From Eledone cirrhosa (Eukaryota), in NCBI GenBank assembly GCA_964016885.1, contig OZ024744.1, forward strand, positions 23,560,001-23,624,000: a stretch of DNA of 64,000 bases, written 5' to 3'. Made by a program: the position numbers and the translations under genes. The notes beneath the pieces were generated by a model. The model was not told the DNA's origin. It saw only the letters and a program-made list of their open reading frames with translations, and made no database searches. This document shows positions 27,834 to 42,000 of this stretch, one piece after another. Every line of letters starts with the position of its first letter. The first letter of the stretch is position 1.

Positions 27834-30800
27834 AGTTGAATCTTAAGAACTGACTCATTTTAACAACAGTTGAATCTTAAGAACTGATTCGTTTTAACAA
27901 CAGTTGAATCTTAAGATAAAACTCGTTTTAACAACAGTTGAATCTTAAGAACTGACTCGTTTTAACAACAGCTGAATCTTAAGATAAAACTCGTTTTAAC
28001 AACAGTTGAATCTTAAGAACTGACTCGTTTTATCAACAGTTCAACCTTAAGAACTGACTCATCCTAACAACAGTTGAATCTTCAAATAAAACTCGTTTTA
28101 ACAACAGTTGAATCTTAAGAACTGATTCGTTTTAACAACAGCTGAATCTTAAGATAAAACTCGTTTTAACAACAGTTGAATCTTAAGATAAAATTCGTTT
28201 TAACAACAGTTGAATCTTAAGAACTGACTCGTTTTAACAACAGCTGAATCTTAAGATAAAACTCTTTTTAACAACAGTTGAATCTTAAGAACTGACTCGT
28301 TTTATCAACAGTTCAACCTTAAGCACTGACTCGTTTTAACAACAGTTGAATCTTCAAATAAAATTCGTTTTAACAACAGTTGATTCTTCAGAACTGACTC
28401 GTTTTAACAACAGTTGAATCTTAAGATAAAACTTGTTTTAACAACAGTTGAATCTTAAGAACTGACTCGTTTTAATAACAGTTGAATCTTAAGATAAAAC
28501 TCGTTTTAACAACAGTTGAATCTTAAGAACTGACTCGTTTTAACAACAGCTGAATCTTAAGATAAAACTCTTTTTAACAACAGTTGAATCTTAAGAACTG
28601 ACTCGTTTTATCAACAGTTCAACATTAAGCACTGACTCGTTTTAACAACAGTTGAATCTTCAAATAAAACTCGTTTTAACAACAGTTGATTCTTCAGAAC
28701 TGACTCGTTTTAACAACAGTTGAATCTTAAGATAAAACTCGTTTTAACAACAGTTGAATCTTAAGAACTGACTCATTTTAACAACAGCTGAATCTCTAGA
28801 TAAAACTCGTTATAACAACAGTTGAATCTTAAGGTAAAATTCGTTTTAACAACAGTTGAATCTTAAGAACTGACTCGTTTTAACAACAGCTGAATCTTAA
28901 GATAAAACTCGTTTTAACAACAGTTGAATCTTAAGAACTGACTCGTTTTATCAACAGTTCAACCTTAAGCACTGACTCGTTTTAACAACAGTTGAATCTT
29001 CAAATAAAACTCGTTTTAACAACAGTTGAATCTTAAGAACTGATTCGTTTTAACAACAGCTGAATCTTAAGATAAAACTCGTTTTAACAACAGTTGAATC
29101 TTAAGATAAAATTCGTTTTAACAACAGTTGAATCTTAAGAACTGACTCGTTTTAACAACAGCTGAATCTTAAGATAAAACTCTTTTTAACAACAGTTGAA
29201 TCTTAAGAACTGACTCGTTTTATCAACAGTTCAACCTTAAGCACTGACTCGTTTTAACAACAGTTGAATCTTCAAATAAAACTCGTTTTAACAACAGTTG
29301 AATCTTAAGAACTGACTCGTTTTAACAACAGCTGAATCTTAAGATAAAACTCGTTTTACAACAGTTGAATCTTAAGAACTGACTCGTTTTATCAACAGTT
29401 CAACCTTAAGAACTGACTCATCCTAACAACAGTTGAATCTTCAAATAAAACTCGTTTTAACAACAGTTGAATCTTAAGAACTGATTCGTTTTAACAACAG
29501 CTGAATCTTAAGATAAAACTCGTTTTAACAACAGTTGAATCTTAAGATAAAATTCGTTTTAACAACAGTTGAATCTTAAGAACTGACTCGTTTTAACAAC
29601 AGCTGAATCTTAAGATAAAACTCTTTTTAACAACAGTTGAATCTTAAGAACTGACTCGTTTTATCAACAGTTCAACCTTAAGCACTGACTCGTTTTAACA
29701 ACAGTTGAATCTTCAAATAAAACTCGTTTTAACAACAGTTGATTCTTCAGAACTGACTCGTTTTAATAACAGTTGAATCTTAAGATAAAACTCGTTTTAA
29801 CAACAGTTGAATCTTAAGAACTGACACGTTTTAATAACAGTTGAATCTTAAGATAAAACTCGTTTTAACAACAGTTGAATCTTAAGAACTGACTCGTTTT
29901 AACAACAGCTGAATCTTAAGATAAAACTCTTTTTAACAACAGTTGAATCTTAAGAACTGACTCGTTTTATCAACAGTTCAACCTTAAGCACTGACTCGTT
30001 TTAACAACAGTTGAATCTTCAAATAAAACTCGTTTTAACAACAGTTGATTCTTCAGAACTGACTCGTTTTAACAACAGTTGAATCTTAAGATAAAACTCG
30101 TTTTAACAACAGTTGAATCTTAAGAACTGACTCATTTTAACAACAGCTGAATCTCTAGATAAAACTCGTTATAACAACAGTTGAATCTTAAGGTAAAATT
30201 CGTTTTAACAACAGTTGAATCTTAAGAACTGACTCGTTTTAACAACAGCTGAATCTTAAGATAAAACTCGTTTTAACAACAGTTGAATCTTAAGAACTGA
30301 CTCGTTTTATCAACAGTTCAACCTTAAGCACTGACTCGTTTTAACAACAGTTGAATCTTCAAATAAAACTCGTTTTAACAAGAGTTGAATCTTAAGAACT
30401 GACTCATTTTAACAACAGTTGAATCTTAAGAACTGATTCGTTTTAACAACAGTTGAATCTTAAGATAAAACTCGTTTTAACAACAGTTGAATCTTAAGAA
30501 CTGACTCGTTTTAACAACAGCTGAATCTTAAGATAAAACTCGTTTTAACAACAGTTGAATCTTAAGAACTGACTCGTTTTATCAACAGTTCAACCTTAAG
30601 AACTGACTCATCCTAACAACAGTTGAATCTTCAAATAAAACTCGTTTTAACAACAGTTGAATCTTAAGAACTGATTCGTTTTAACAACAGCTGAATCTTA
30701 AGATAAAACTCGTTTTAACAACAGTTGAATCTTAAGATAAAATTCGTTTTAACAACAGTTGAATCTTAAGAACTGACTCGTTTTAACAACAGCTGAATCT

Positions 30801-32931
30801 TAAGATAAAACTCTTTTTAACAACAGTTGAATCTTAAGAACTGACTCGTTTTATCAACAGTTCAACCTTAAGCACTGACTCGTTTTAACAACAGTTGAAT
30901 CTTCAAATAAAATTCGTTTTAACAACAGTTGATTCTTCAGAACTGACTCGTTTTAACAACAGTTGAATCTTAAGATAAAACTCGTTTTAACAACAGTTGA
31001 ATCTTAAGAACTGACTCGTTTTAATAACAGTTGAATCTTAAGATAAAACTCGTTTTAACAACAGTTGAATCTTAAGAACTGACTCGTTTTAACAACAGCT
31101 GAATCTTAAGATAAAACTCTTTTTAACAACAGTTGAATCTTAAGAACTGACTCGTTTTATCAACAGTTCAACATTAAGCACTGACTCGTTTTAACAACAG
31201 TTGAATCTTCAAATAAAACTCGTTTTAACAACAGTTGATTCTTCAGAACTGACTCGTTTTAACAACAGTTGAATCTTAAGATAAAACTCGTTTTAACAAC
31301 AGTTGAATCTTAAGAACTGACTCATTTTAACAACAGCTGAATCTCTAGATAAAACTCGTTATAACAACAGTTGAATCCTAAGGTAAAATTCGTTTTAACA
31401 ACAGTTGAATCTTAAGAACTGACTCGTTTTAACAACAGCTGAATCTTAAGATAAAACTCGTTTTAACAACAGTTGAATCTTAAGAACTGACTCGTTTTAT
31501 CAACAGTTCAACCTTAAGCACTGACTCGTTTTAACAACAGTTGAATCTTCAAATAAAACTCGTTTTAACAACAGTTGAATCTTAAGAACTGATTCGTTTT
31601 AACAACAGCTGAATCTTAAGATAAAACTCGTTTTAACAACAGTTGAATCTTAAGATAAAATTCGTTTTAACAACAGTTGAATCTTAAGAACTGACTCGTT
31701 TTAACAACAGCTGAATCTTAAGATAAAACTCTTTTTAACAACAGTTGAATCTTAAGAACTGACTCGTTTTATCAACAGTTCAACCTTAAGCACTGACTCG
31801 TTTTAACAACAGTTGAATCTTCAAATAAAACTCGTTTTAACAACAGTTGAATCTTAAGAACTGACTCGTTTTAACAACAGCTGAATCTTAAGATAAAACT
31901 CGTTTTACAACAGTTGAATCTTAAGAACTGACTCGTTTTATCAACAGTTCAACCTTAAGAACTGACTCATCCTAACAACAGTTGAATCTTCAAATAAAAC
32001 TCGTTTTAACAACAGTTGAATCTTAAGAACTGATTCGTTTTAACAACAGCTGAATCTTAAGATAAAACTCGTTTTAACAACAGTTGAATCTTAAGATAAA
32101 ATTCGTTTTAACAACAGTTGAATCTTAAGAACTGACTCGTTTTAACAACAGCTGAATCTTAAGATAAAACTCTTTTTAACAACAGTTGAATCTTAAGAAC
32201 TGACTCGTTTTATCAACAGTTCAACCTTAAGCACTGACTCGTTTTAACAACAGTTGAATCTTCAAATAAAACTCGTTTTAACAACAGTTGATTCTTCAGA
32301 ACTGACTCGTTTTAATAACAGTTGAATCTTAAGATAAAACTCGTTTTAACAACAGTTGAATCTTAAGAACTGACTCGTTTTAATAACAGTTGAATCTTAA
32401 GATAAAACTCGTTTTAACAACAGTTGAATCTTAAGAACTGACTCGTTTTAACAACAGCTGAATCTTAAGATAAAACTCTTTTTAACAACAGTTGAATCTT
32501 AAGAACTGACTCGTTTTATCAACAGTTCAACCTTAAGCACTGACTCGTTTTAACAACAGTTGAATCTTCAAATAAAACTCGTTTTAACAACAGTTGATTC
32601 TTCAGAACTGACTCGTTTTAACAACAGTTGAATCTTAAGATAAAACTCGTTTTAACAACAGTTGAATCTTAAGAACTGACTCATTTTAACAACAGCTGAA
32701 TCTCTAGATAAAACTCGTTATAACAACAGTTGAATCTTAAGGTAAAATTTTTTTTAACAACAGTTGAATCTTAAGAACTGACTCGTTTTAACAACAACTG
32801 AATCTTAAGATAAAACTCGTTTTAACAACAGTTGAATCTTAAGAACTGACTCGTTTTATCAACAGTTCAACCTTAAGCACTGACTCGTTTTAACAACAGT
32901 TGAATCTTCAAATAAAACTCGTTTTAACAAG
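27834..32931. repeat. Tandem duplication, 2549-bp unit (75 monomers minus 1 bp)
   Basis: GTTATAAC 28809/31358 and 30168/32717; GAGTTG 30382/32931. About five private differences separate the copies. Confidence 0.87.
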
Positions 32932-34169
32932 AGTTGAATCTTAAGAACTGACTCATTTTAACAACAGTTGAATCTTAAGATAAAACCCGTTTTAACAACA
33001 GTTGAATCTTAAGAACTGACTCGTTTTAACAACAGTTCAACCTTAAGAACTGACTCGTTTTAACAACAGTTGAATCTTAAGATGAAACTCGTTTTAACAA
33101 CAGTTGAATCTTAAGAACTGACTCATTTTAACAACAGTTGAATCTTAAGAACTGATTCGTTTTAACAACAGTTGACTCTTAAGAACTGATTCGTTTTAAC
33201 AACAGCTGAATCTTAAGATAAAACTCGTTTTAACAACAGTTGAATCTTAAGATAAAATTCGTTTTAACAACAGTTGAATCTTAAGAACTGACTCGTTTTA
33301 ACAACAGCTGAATCTTAAGATAAAACTCGTTTTAACAACAGTTGAATCTTAAGAACTGATTCGTTTTAACAACAGTTGACTCTTAAGAACTGATTCGTTT
33401 TAACAACAGCTGAATCTTAAGATAAAACTCGTTTTAACAACAGTTGAATCTTAAGATAAAATTCGTTTTAACAACAATTGAATCTTAAGAACTGACTCGT
33501 TTTAACAACAGTTCAGCCTTAAGAACTGACTCGTTTTAAAAACAGTTGAATCTTAAGAACTGACTCGTTTTAACAACAGTTCAACCTTAAGAACTGACTC
33601 GTTTGAACAACAGTTGAATCTTAAGAAGTGACTCGTTTTAACAACAGTTCAACCTTAAGAACTGACTCGTTTTAACAACAGTTGAATCTTCAAATAAAAC
33701 TCGTTTTAACTACAGTTGAATCTTAAGAAATGACTCGTTTTAACAACAGTTGAATCTTAAGATAAAACTCGTTTTAACAACAGTTGAATCTTAAGAACTG
33801 ACTCATTTTAACAACAGTTGAATCTTAAGAACTGATTCGTTTTAACAACAGTTGAATCTTCAGATAAAACTCGTTTTAACTACAGTTGAATCTTAAGAAC
33901 TGACTCGTTTTAACAACAGTTGAATCTTAAGATAAAACTCGTTTTAACAGCAGTTGAATCTTAAGAACTGACTCATTTTAACAACAGTTGAATCTTAAGA
34001 ACTGATTCGTTTTAACAACAGTTGAATCTTAAGATAAAACTCGTTTTAACAACAGTTGAATCTTAAGAACTGACTCGTTTTATCAACAGTTCAACCTTAA
34101 GAACTGACTCATTTTAACAACAGTTGAATATTAAAATAAAACTCGTTTTAACAACAGTTGAATCTTAAG

Positions 34170-37100
34170 ATAAAACTCGTTTTAACAACAGTTGAATCTT
34201 AAGAACTGATTCGTTTTAACAACAGCTGAATCTTAAGATAAACTCGTTTTAACAACAGCTGAATCTTAAGATAAACCTGGTTTTAACAACATTTGAATCT
34301 TAAGAACTGAATTCGTTTTAACAACAGCTGAATCTTAAGATAAAACTCGTTTTAACAACAGTTGATTCTTAAGAACTGACTCATTTTATCAACAGTTCAA
34401 CCTTAAGAACTGACTCGTTTTAACAACAGTTGAATCTTCAAATAAAACTCGTTTTAACAACAGTTGAATATTATGATAAAACTCATTTTAACAACAGTTG
34501 ATTCTTAAGATAAAACTCGTTTTAACAACAGTTGATTCTTAAAAACTGACTCGTTTTAACAACAGCTGAATCTTAAGATAAAACTCGTTTTAACAACAGT
34601 TGAATCTTAAGATAAAATTCGTTTTAACAATAGTTGAACGTTAAGAACTGGTTCGTTTTAACAACAGTTGGATCTTAAGATAAAACTCGTTTTAACAACA
34701 GTTGAATCTTAAGAACTGACTCGTTTTAACAACTGTTGAATCTTAAGAACTGACTCGTTTTATCAACAGTTCAACCTTAAGAACTGACTCGTTTTAACAA
34801 CAGTTGAATCTTCAAATAAAACTCGTTTTAACAACAGTTGAATCTTAAGAACTGACTCGTTTTAACAACAGTTGAATCTTAAGATAAAACTCGTTTTAAC
34901 AACAGTTGAATCTTAAGAACTGACTCGTTTTATCAACAGTTCAACCTTAAGAACTGACTCATCTTAACAACAGTTGAATCTTCAAATAAAACTCGTTTTA
35001 ACAACAGTTGAATCTTAAGAACTGACTCGTTTTAACAACAGTTGAATCTTAAGAATTGATTCGTTTTAACAACAGCTGAATCTTAAGATAAAACTCGTTT
35101 TAACAACAGTTGAATCTTAAGATAAAATTCGTTTTAACAACAGTTGAATCTTAAGAACTGACTCGTTTTAACAACAGCTGAATCTTCAAATTAAACTCGT
35201 TTTAACAACAGTTGAATCATAAGAACTGATTCGTTTTAACAACAGTTGAATCTTAAGATAAAACTCGTTTTAACAACAGTTGAATCTTAAGATAAAACTC
35301 GTTTTAACAACAGTGGAATCTTAAGAACTGACTCGTTTTAACAACAGCTGAATCTTAAGATAAAACTCGTTTTAACGACAGTTGAATCTTAAGAACTGAC
35401 TCGTTTTATCAACAGTTCAACCTTAAGAACTGACTCATTTTAACAACAGTTGAATCTTCAAATAAAACTCGTTTTAACAACAGTTGAATCTTAAGAACTG
35501 ACTCGTTTTAACAACAGCTGAATCTTAAGATAAACTCGTTTTAACAACAGTTGAATCTTAAGATAAACCTCGTTTTAACAACATTTGAATCTTAAGAACT
35601 GATTCGTTTTAACAACAGCTGAATCTTAAGATAAACTCGTTTTAACAACAGTTGAATCTTAAGATAAACCTCGTTTTAACAACAGTTGAATCTTAAGAAC
35701 TGACTCGTTTTATCAACAGTTCAACCTTAAGAACTGACTCATCTTAACAACAGTTGAATCTTCAAATAAAATTCGTTTTAACAACAGTTGAATCTTAAGA
35801 ACTGACTCGTTTTAACAACAGTTGAATCTTAAGAACTGACTCATTTTAACAACAGCTGAATCTTAAGATAAAACTCGTTTTAACAACAGTTGAATCTTAA
35901 GATAAAATTCGTTTTAACAACAGTTGAATCTTAAGAACTGACTCGTTTTAACAACAGCTGAATCTTAAGATAAAACTCGTTTTAACAACAGTTGAATCTT
36001 AAGAACTGACTCGTTTTATCAACAGTTCAACCTTAAGCACTGACTCGTTTTAACAACAGTTGAATCTTCAAATAAAACTCGTTTTAACAACAGTTGATTC
36101 TTCAGAACTGACTCGTTTTAACAACAGTTGAATCTTAAGATAAAACTCGTTTTAACAACAGTTGAATCTTAAGAACTGACTCATTTTAACAACAGCTGAA
36201 TCTCTAGATAAAACTCGTTTTAACAACAGTTGAATCTTAAGAACTGACTCGTTTTATCAACAGTTGAATCTTAAGAACTGACTCGTTTTATCAACAGTTC
36301 AACCTTAAGAACTGACTCGTTTTAACAACAGTTGAATCCTCAAATAAAACTCGTTTTAACAACAGTTGAATCTTAAGAACTGACTCATTTTAACAACAGT
36401 TGAATCTTAAGATAAAACTCGTTTTAACAACAGTTGAATCTTAAGAACTGACTCGTTTTAACAACGGCTGAATTTTAAGATAAACTCGTTTTAACAACAG
36501 TTGAATCTTAAGAACTGACTCGTTTTATCAGCAGTTCAACCTTAAGAACTGACTTATCTTAACAACAGTTGAATCTTCAAATAAAATTCGTTTTAACAAC
36601 AGTTGAATCTTAAGAACTGATTCGTTTTAACAACAGCTGAATCTTAAGATAAACTCGTTTTAACAACAGCTGAATCTTAAGATAAACCTGGTTTTAACAA
36701 CATTTGAATCTTAAGAACTGAATTCGTTTTAACAACAGCTGAATCTTAAGATAAAACTCGTTTTAACAACAGTTGATTCTTAAGAACTGACTCATTTTAT
36801 CAACAGTTCAACCTTAAGAACTGACTCGTTTTAACAACAGTTGAATCTTCAAATAAAACTCGTTTTAACAACAGTTGAATATTATGATAAAACTCATTTT
36901 AACAACAGTTGATTCTTAAGATAAAACTCGTTTTAACAACAGTTGATTCTTAAGATAAAACTCGTTTTAACAACAGTTGATTCTTAAAAACTGACTCGTT
37001 TTAACAACAGCTGAATCTTAAGATAAAACTCGTTTTAACAACAGTTGAATCTTAAGATAAAATTCGTTTTAACAATAGTTGAACGTTAAGAACTGGTTCG

Positions 37101-39058
37101 TTTTAACAACAGTTGGATCTTAAGATAAAACTCGTTTTAACAACAGTTGAATCTTAAGAACTGACTCGTTTTAACAACTGTTGAATCTTAAGAACTGACT
37201 CGTTTTATCAACAGTTCAACCTTAAGAACTGACTCGTTTTAACAACAGTTGAATCTTCAAATAAAACTCGTTTTAACAACAGTTGAATCTTAAGAACTGA
37301 CTCGTTTTAACAACAGTTGAATCTTAAGATAAAACTCGTTTTAACAACAGTTGAATCTTAAGAACTGACTCGTTTTATCAACAGTTCAACCTTAAGAACT
37401 GACTCATCTTAACAACAGTTGAATCTTCAAATAAAACTCGTTTTAACAACAGTTGAATCTTAAGAACTGACTCGTTTTAACAACAGTTGAATCTTAAGAA
37501 TTGATTCGTTTTAACAACAGCTGAATCTTAAGATAAAACTCGTTTTAACAACAGTTGAATCTTAAGATAAAATTCGTTTTAACAACAGTTGAATCTTAAG
37601 AACTGACTCGTTTTAACAACAGCTGAATCTTCAAATTAAACTCGTTTTAACAACAGTTGAATCATAAGAACTGATTCGTTTTAACAACAGTTGAATCTTA
37701 AGATAAAACTCGTTTTAACAACAGTTGAATCTTAAGATAAAACTCGTTTTAACAACAGTGGAATCTTAAGAACTGACTCGTTTTAACAACAGCTGAATCT
37801 TAAGATAAAACTCGTTTTAACGACAGTTGAATCTTAAGAACTGACTCGTTTTATCAACAGTTCAACCTTAAGAACTGACTCATTTTAACAACAGTTGAAT
37901 CTTCAAATAAAACTCGTTTTAACAACAGTTGAATCTTAAGAACTGACTCGTTTTAACAACAGCTGAATCTTAAGATAAACTCGTTTTAACAACAGTTGAA
38001 TCTTAAGATAAACCTCGTTTTAACAACATTTGAATCTTAAGAACTGATTCGTTTTAACAACAGCTGAATCTTAAGATAAACTCGTTTTAACAACAGTTGA
38101 ATCTTAAGATAAACCTCGTTTTAACAACAGTTTAATCTTAAGAACTGTCTCGTTTTATCAACAGTTCAACCTTAAGAACTGACTCATCTTAACAACAGTT
38201 GAATCTTCAAATAAAATTCGTTTTAACAACAGTTGAATCTTAAGAACTGACTCGTTTTAACAACAGTTGAATCTTAAGAACTGACTCATTTTAACAACAG
38301 CTGAATCTTAAGATAAAACTCGTTTTAACAACAGTTGAATCTTAAGATAAAATTCGTTTTAACAACAGTTGAATCTTAAGAACTGACTCGTTTTAACAAC
38401 AGCTGAATCTTAAGATAAAACTCGTTTTAACAACAGTTGAATCTTAAGAACTGACTCGTTTTATCAACAGTTCAACCTTAAGCACTGACTCGTTTTAACA
38501 ACAGTTGAATCTTCAAATAAAACTCGTTTTAACAACAGTTGATTCTTCAGAACTGACTCGTTTTAACAACAGTTGAATCTTAAGATAAAACTCGTTTTAA
38601 CAACAGTTGAATCTTAAGAACTGACTCATTTTAACAACAGCTGAATCTCTAGATAAAACTCGTTTTAACAACAGTTGAATCTTAAGAACTGACTCGTTTT
38701 ATCAACAGTTGAATCTTAAGAACTGACTCGTTTTATCAACAGTTCAACCTTAAGAACTGACTCGTTTTAACAACAGTTGAATCCTCAAATAAAACTCGTT
38801 TTAACAACAGTTGAATCTTAAGAACTGACTCATTTTAACAACAGTTGAATCTTAAGATAAAACTCGTTTTAACAACAGTTGAATCTTAAGAACTGACTCG
38901 TTTTAACAACGGCTGAATTTTAAGATAAACTCGTTTTAACAACAGTTGAATCTTAAGAACTGACTCGTTTTATCAGCAGTTCAACCTTAAGAACTGACTC
39001 ATCTTAACAACAGTTGAATCTTCAAATAAAATTCGTTTTAACAACAGTTGAATCTTAA
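34170..39058. repeat. Tandem duplication, 2411-bp unit (71 monomers, net minus 3 bp); second copy has one extra monomer
   Basis: CCTGG 34276/36687 gives 2411. GAACGTTAAG 34636/37081 gives 2445 = 2411+34, with the extra monomer near 36930-36965. Confidence 0.87.
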
Positions 39059-42000
39059 GGTAAAATTCGTTTTAACAACAGTTGAATCTTAAGAACTGAC
39101 TCGTTTTAACAACAGCTGAATCTTAAGATAAAACTCGTTTTAACAACAGTTGAATCTTAAGAACTGACTCGTTTTATCAACAGTTCAACCTTAAGCACTG
39201 ACTCGTTTTAACAACAGTTGAATCTTCAAATAAAACTCGTTTTAACAACAGTTGAATCTTAAGAACTGACTCATCTTAACAACAGTTGAATCTTAAGATA
39301 AAACTCGTTTTAACAACAGTTGAATCTTAAGAACTGACTCGTTTTAACAACAGTTGAACCTTAAGAACTGGCTCGTTTTAACAACAGTTGAATCTTAAGA
39401 TAAAACTCGTTTTAACAACAGTTGAATCTTAAGAACTGACTCATTTTAACAACAGTTGAATCTTAAGAACTGATTCGTTTTAACAACAGTTGAATCTTCA
39501 GATAAAACTCGTTTTAACTACAGTTGAATCTTAAGAACTGACTCGTTTTAACAACAGTTGAATCTTAAGATAAAACTCGTTTTAACAACAGTTGAATCTT
39601 AAGAACTGACTCATTTTAACAACAGTTGAATCTTAAGAACTGATTCGTTTTAACAACAGTTGAATCTTAAGATAAAACTCGTTTTAACAACAGTTGAATC
39701 TTAAGAAGTGACTCGTTTTAATAACAGCTGAATCTTAAGATAAAACTCGTTTTACAACAGTTGAATCTTAAGAACTGACTCGTTTTATCAACAGTTCAAC
39801 CTTAAGAACTGACTCATCTTAACAACAGTTGAATCTTCAAATAAAACTCGTTTTAACAACAGTTGAATCTTAAGAACTGATTCGTTTTAACAACAGCTGA
39901 ATCGTAAGATAAAACTCGTTTTAACAACAGTTGAATCTTAAGATAAAACTCGTTTTATCAACAGTTCAACCTTAAGAACTGACTCGTTTTAACAACAGTT
40001 GAATCCTCAAATAAAACTCGTTTTAACAACAGTTGAATCTTAAGAACTGACTCATTTTAACAACAGTTGAATCTTAAGATAAAACTCGTTTTAACAACAG
40101 TTGAATCTTAAGAACTGACTCGTTTTAACAACAGTTCAACCTTAAGAACTGACTCGTTTTAACAACAGTTGAATCTTTAAATAAAACTCGTTTTAACTGC
40201 AGTTGAATCTTAAGAACTGACTCGTTTTAACAACAGTTGAATCTTAAGATAAAACTCGTTTTAACAACAGTTGAATCTTAAGAACTGACTCATTTTAACA
40301 ACAGTTGAATCTTAAGAACTGATTCGTTTTAACAACAGTTGAATCTTCAGATAAAACTCGTTTTAACTACAGTTGAATCTTAAGAACTGACTCGTTTTAA
40401 CAACAGTTGAATCTTAAGATGGAACTCGTTTTAACAACAGTTGAATCTTAAGAACTGACTCATTTTAACAACAGTTGAATCTTAAGAACTGATTCGTTTT
40501 AACAACAGTTGAATCTTAAGATAAAACTCGTTTTAACAACAGTTGAATCTTAAGAACTGACTCGTTTTAACAACAGCTGAATCTTAAGATAAAACTCGTT
40601 TTACAACAGTTGAATCTTAAGAACTGACTCGTTTTATCAACAGTTCAACCTTAAGAACTGACTCATTTTAACAACAGTTGAATCTTCAAATAAAACTCGT
40701 TTTAACAACAGTTGATTCTTCAGAACTGACTCGTTTTAACAACAGTTGAATCTTAAGATAAAACTCGTTTTAACAACAGTTGAATCTTAAGAACTGACTC
40801 ATTTTAACAACAGCTGAATCTTTAGATAAAACTCGTTTTAACAACAGTTGAATCTTAAGAACTGACTCGTTTTAACAACAGTTGAATCCTCAAATAAAAC
40901 TCGTTTTAACAACAGTTGAATCTTAATAACTGACTCGTTTTAACAACAGTTGAATCTTAAGATAAAACTCGTTTTAACAACAGTTGAATCTTAAGAACTG
41001 ACTCATTTTAACAACAGTTGAATCTTAAGAACTGATTCGTTTTAACAACAGTTGAATCTTCAGATAAAACTCGTTTTAACTACAGTTGAATCTTAAGAAC
41101 TGACTAGTTTTAACAACAGTTGAATCTTAAGATAAAACTCGTTTTAACAACAGTTGAATCTTAAGAACTGGCTCATTTTAACAACAGTTGAATCTTAAGA
41201 ACTGATTCGTTTTAACAACAGTTGAATCTTAAGATAAAACTCGTTTTAACAACAGTTGAATCTTAAGAACTGACTCGTTTTAATAACAGTTGAATCTTAA
41301 GATAAAACTCGTTTTAACAACAGTTGAATCTTAAGAACTGACTCGTTTTAACAACAGCTGAATCTTAAGATAAAACTCGTTTTACAACAGTTGAATCTTA
41401 AGAACTTACTCGTTTTATCAACAGTTCAACCTTAAGAACTGACTCATCCTAACAACAGTTGAATCTTCAAATAAAACTCGTTTTAACAACAGTTGAATCT
41501 TAAGAACTCATTCGTTTTAACAACAGCTGAATCTTAAGATAAAACTCGTTTTAACAACAGTTGAATCTTAAGATAAAATTCGTTTTAACAACAGTTGAAT
41601 CTTAAGAACTGACTCGTTTTAACAACAGCTGAATCTTAAGATAAAACTCTTTTTAACAACAGTTGAATCTTAAGATAAAACTCGTTTTATCAACAGTTCA
41701 ACCTTAAGCACTGACTCGTTTTAACAACAGTTGAATCTTCAAATAAAACTCGTTTTAACAACAGTTGATTCTTCAGAACTGACTCGTTTTAACAACAGTT
41801 GAATCTTAAGATAAAACTCGTTTTAACAACAGTTGAATCTTAAGAACTGACTCATTTTAACAACAGCTGAATCTCTAGATAAAACTCGTTATAACAACAG
41901 TTGAATCTTAAGGTAAAATTCGTTTTAACAACAGTTGAATCTTAAGAACTGACTCGTTTTAACAACAGCTGAATCTTAAGATAAAACTCGTTTTAACAAC

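Noticed and set aside
32741-32760. T8 run as an insertion, poly(A) tail or terminator
   Set aside because: It is a CG to TT replacement within a normal-length monomer, with no added sequence.
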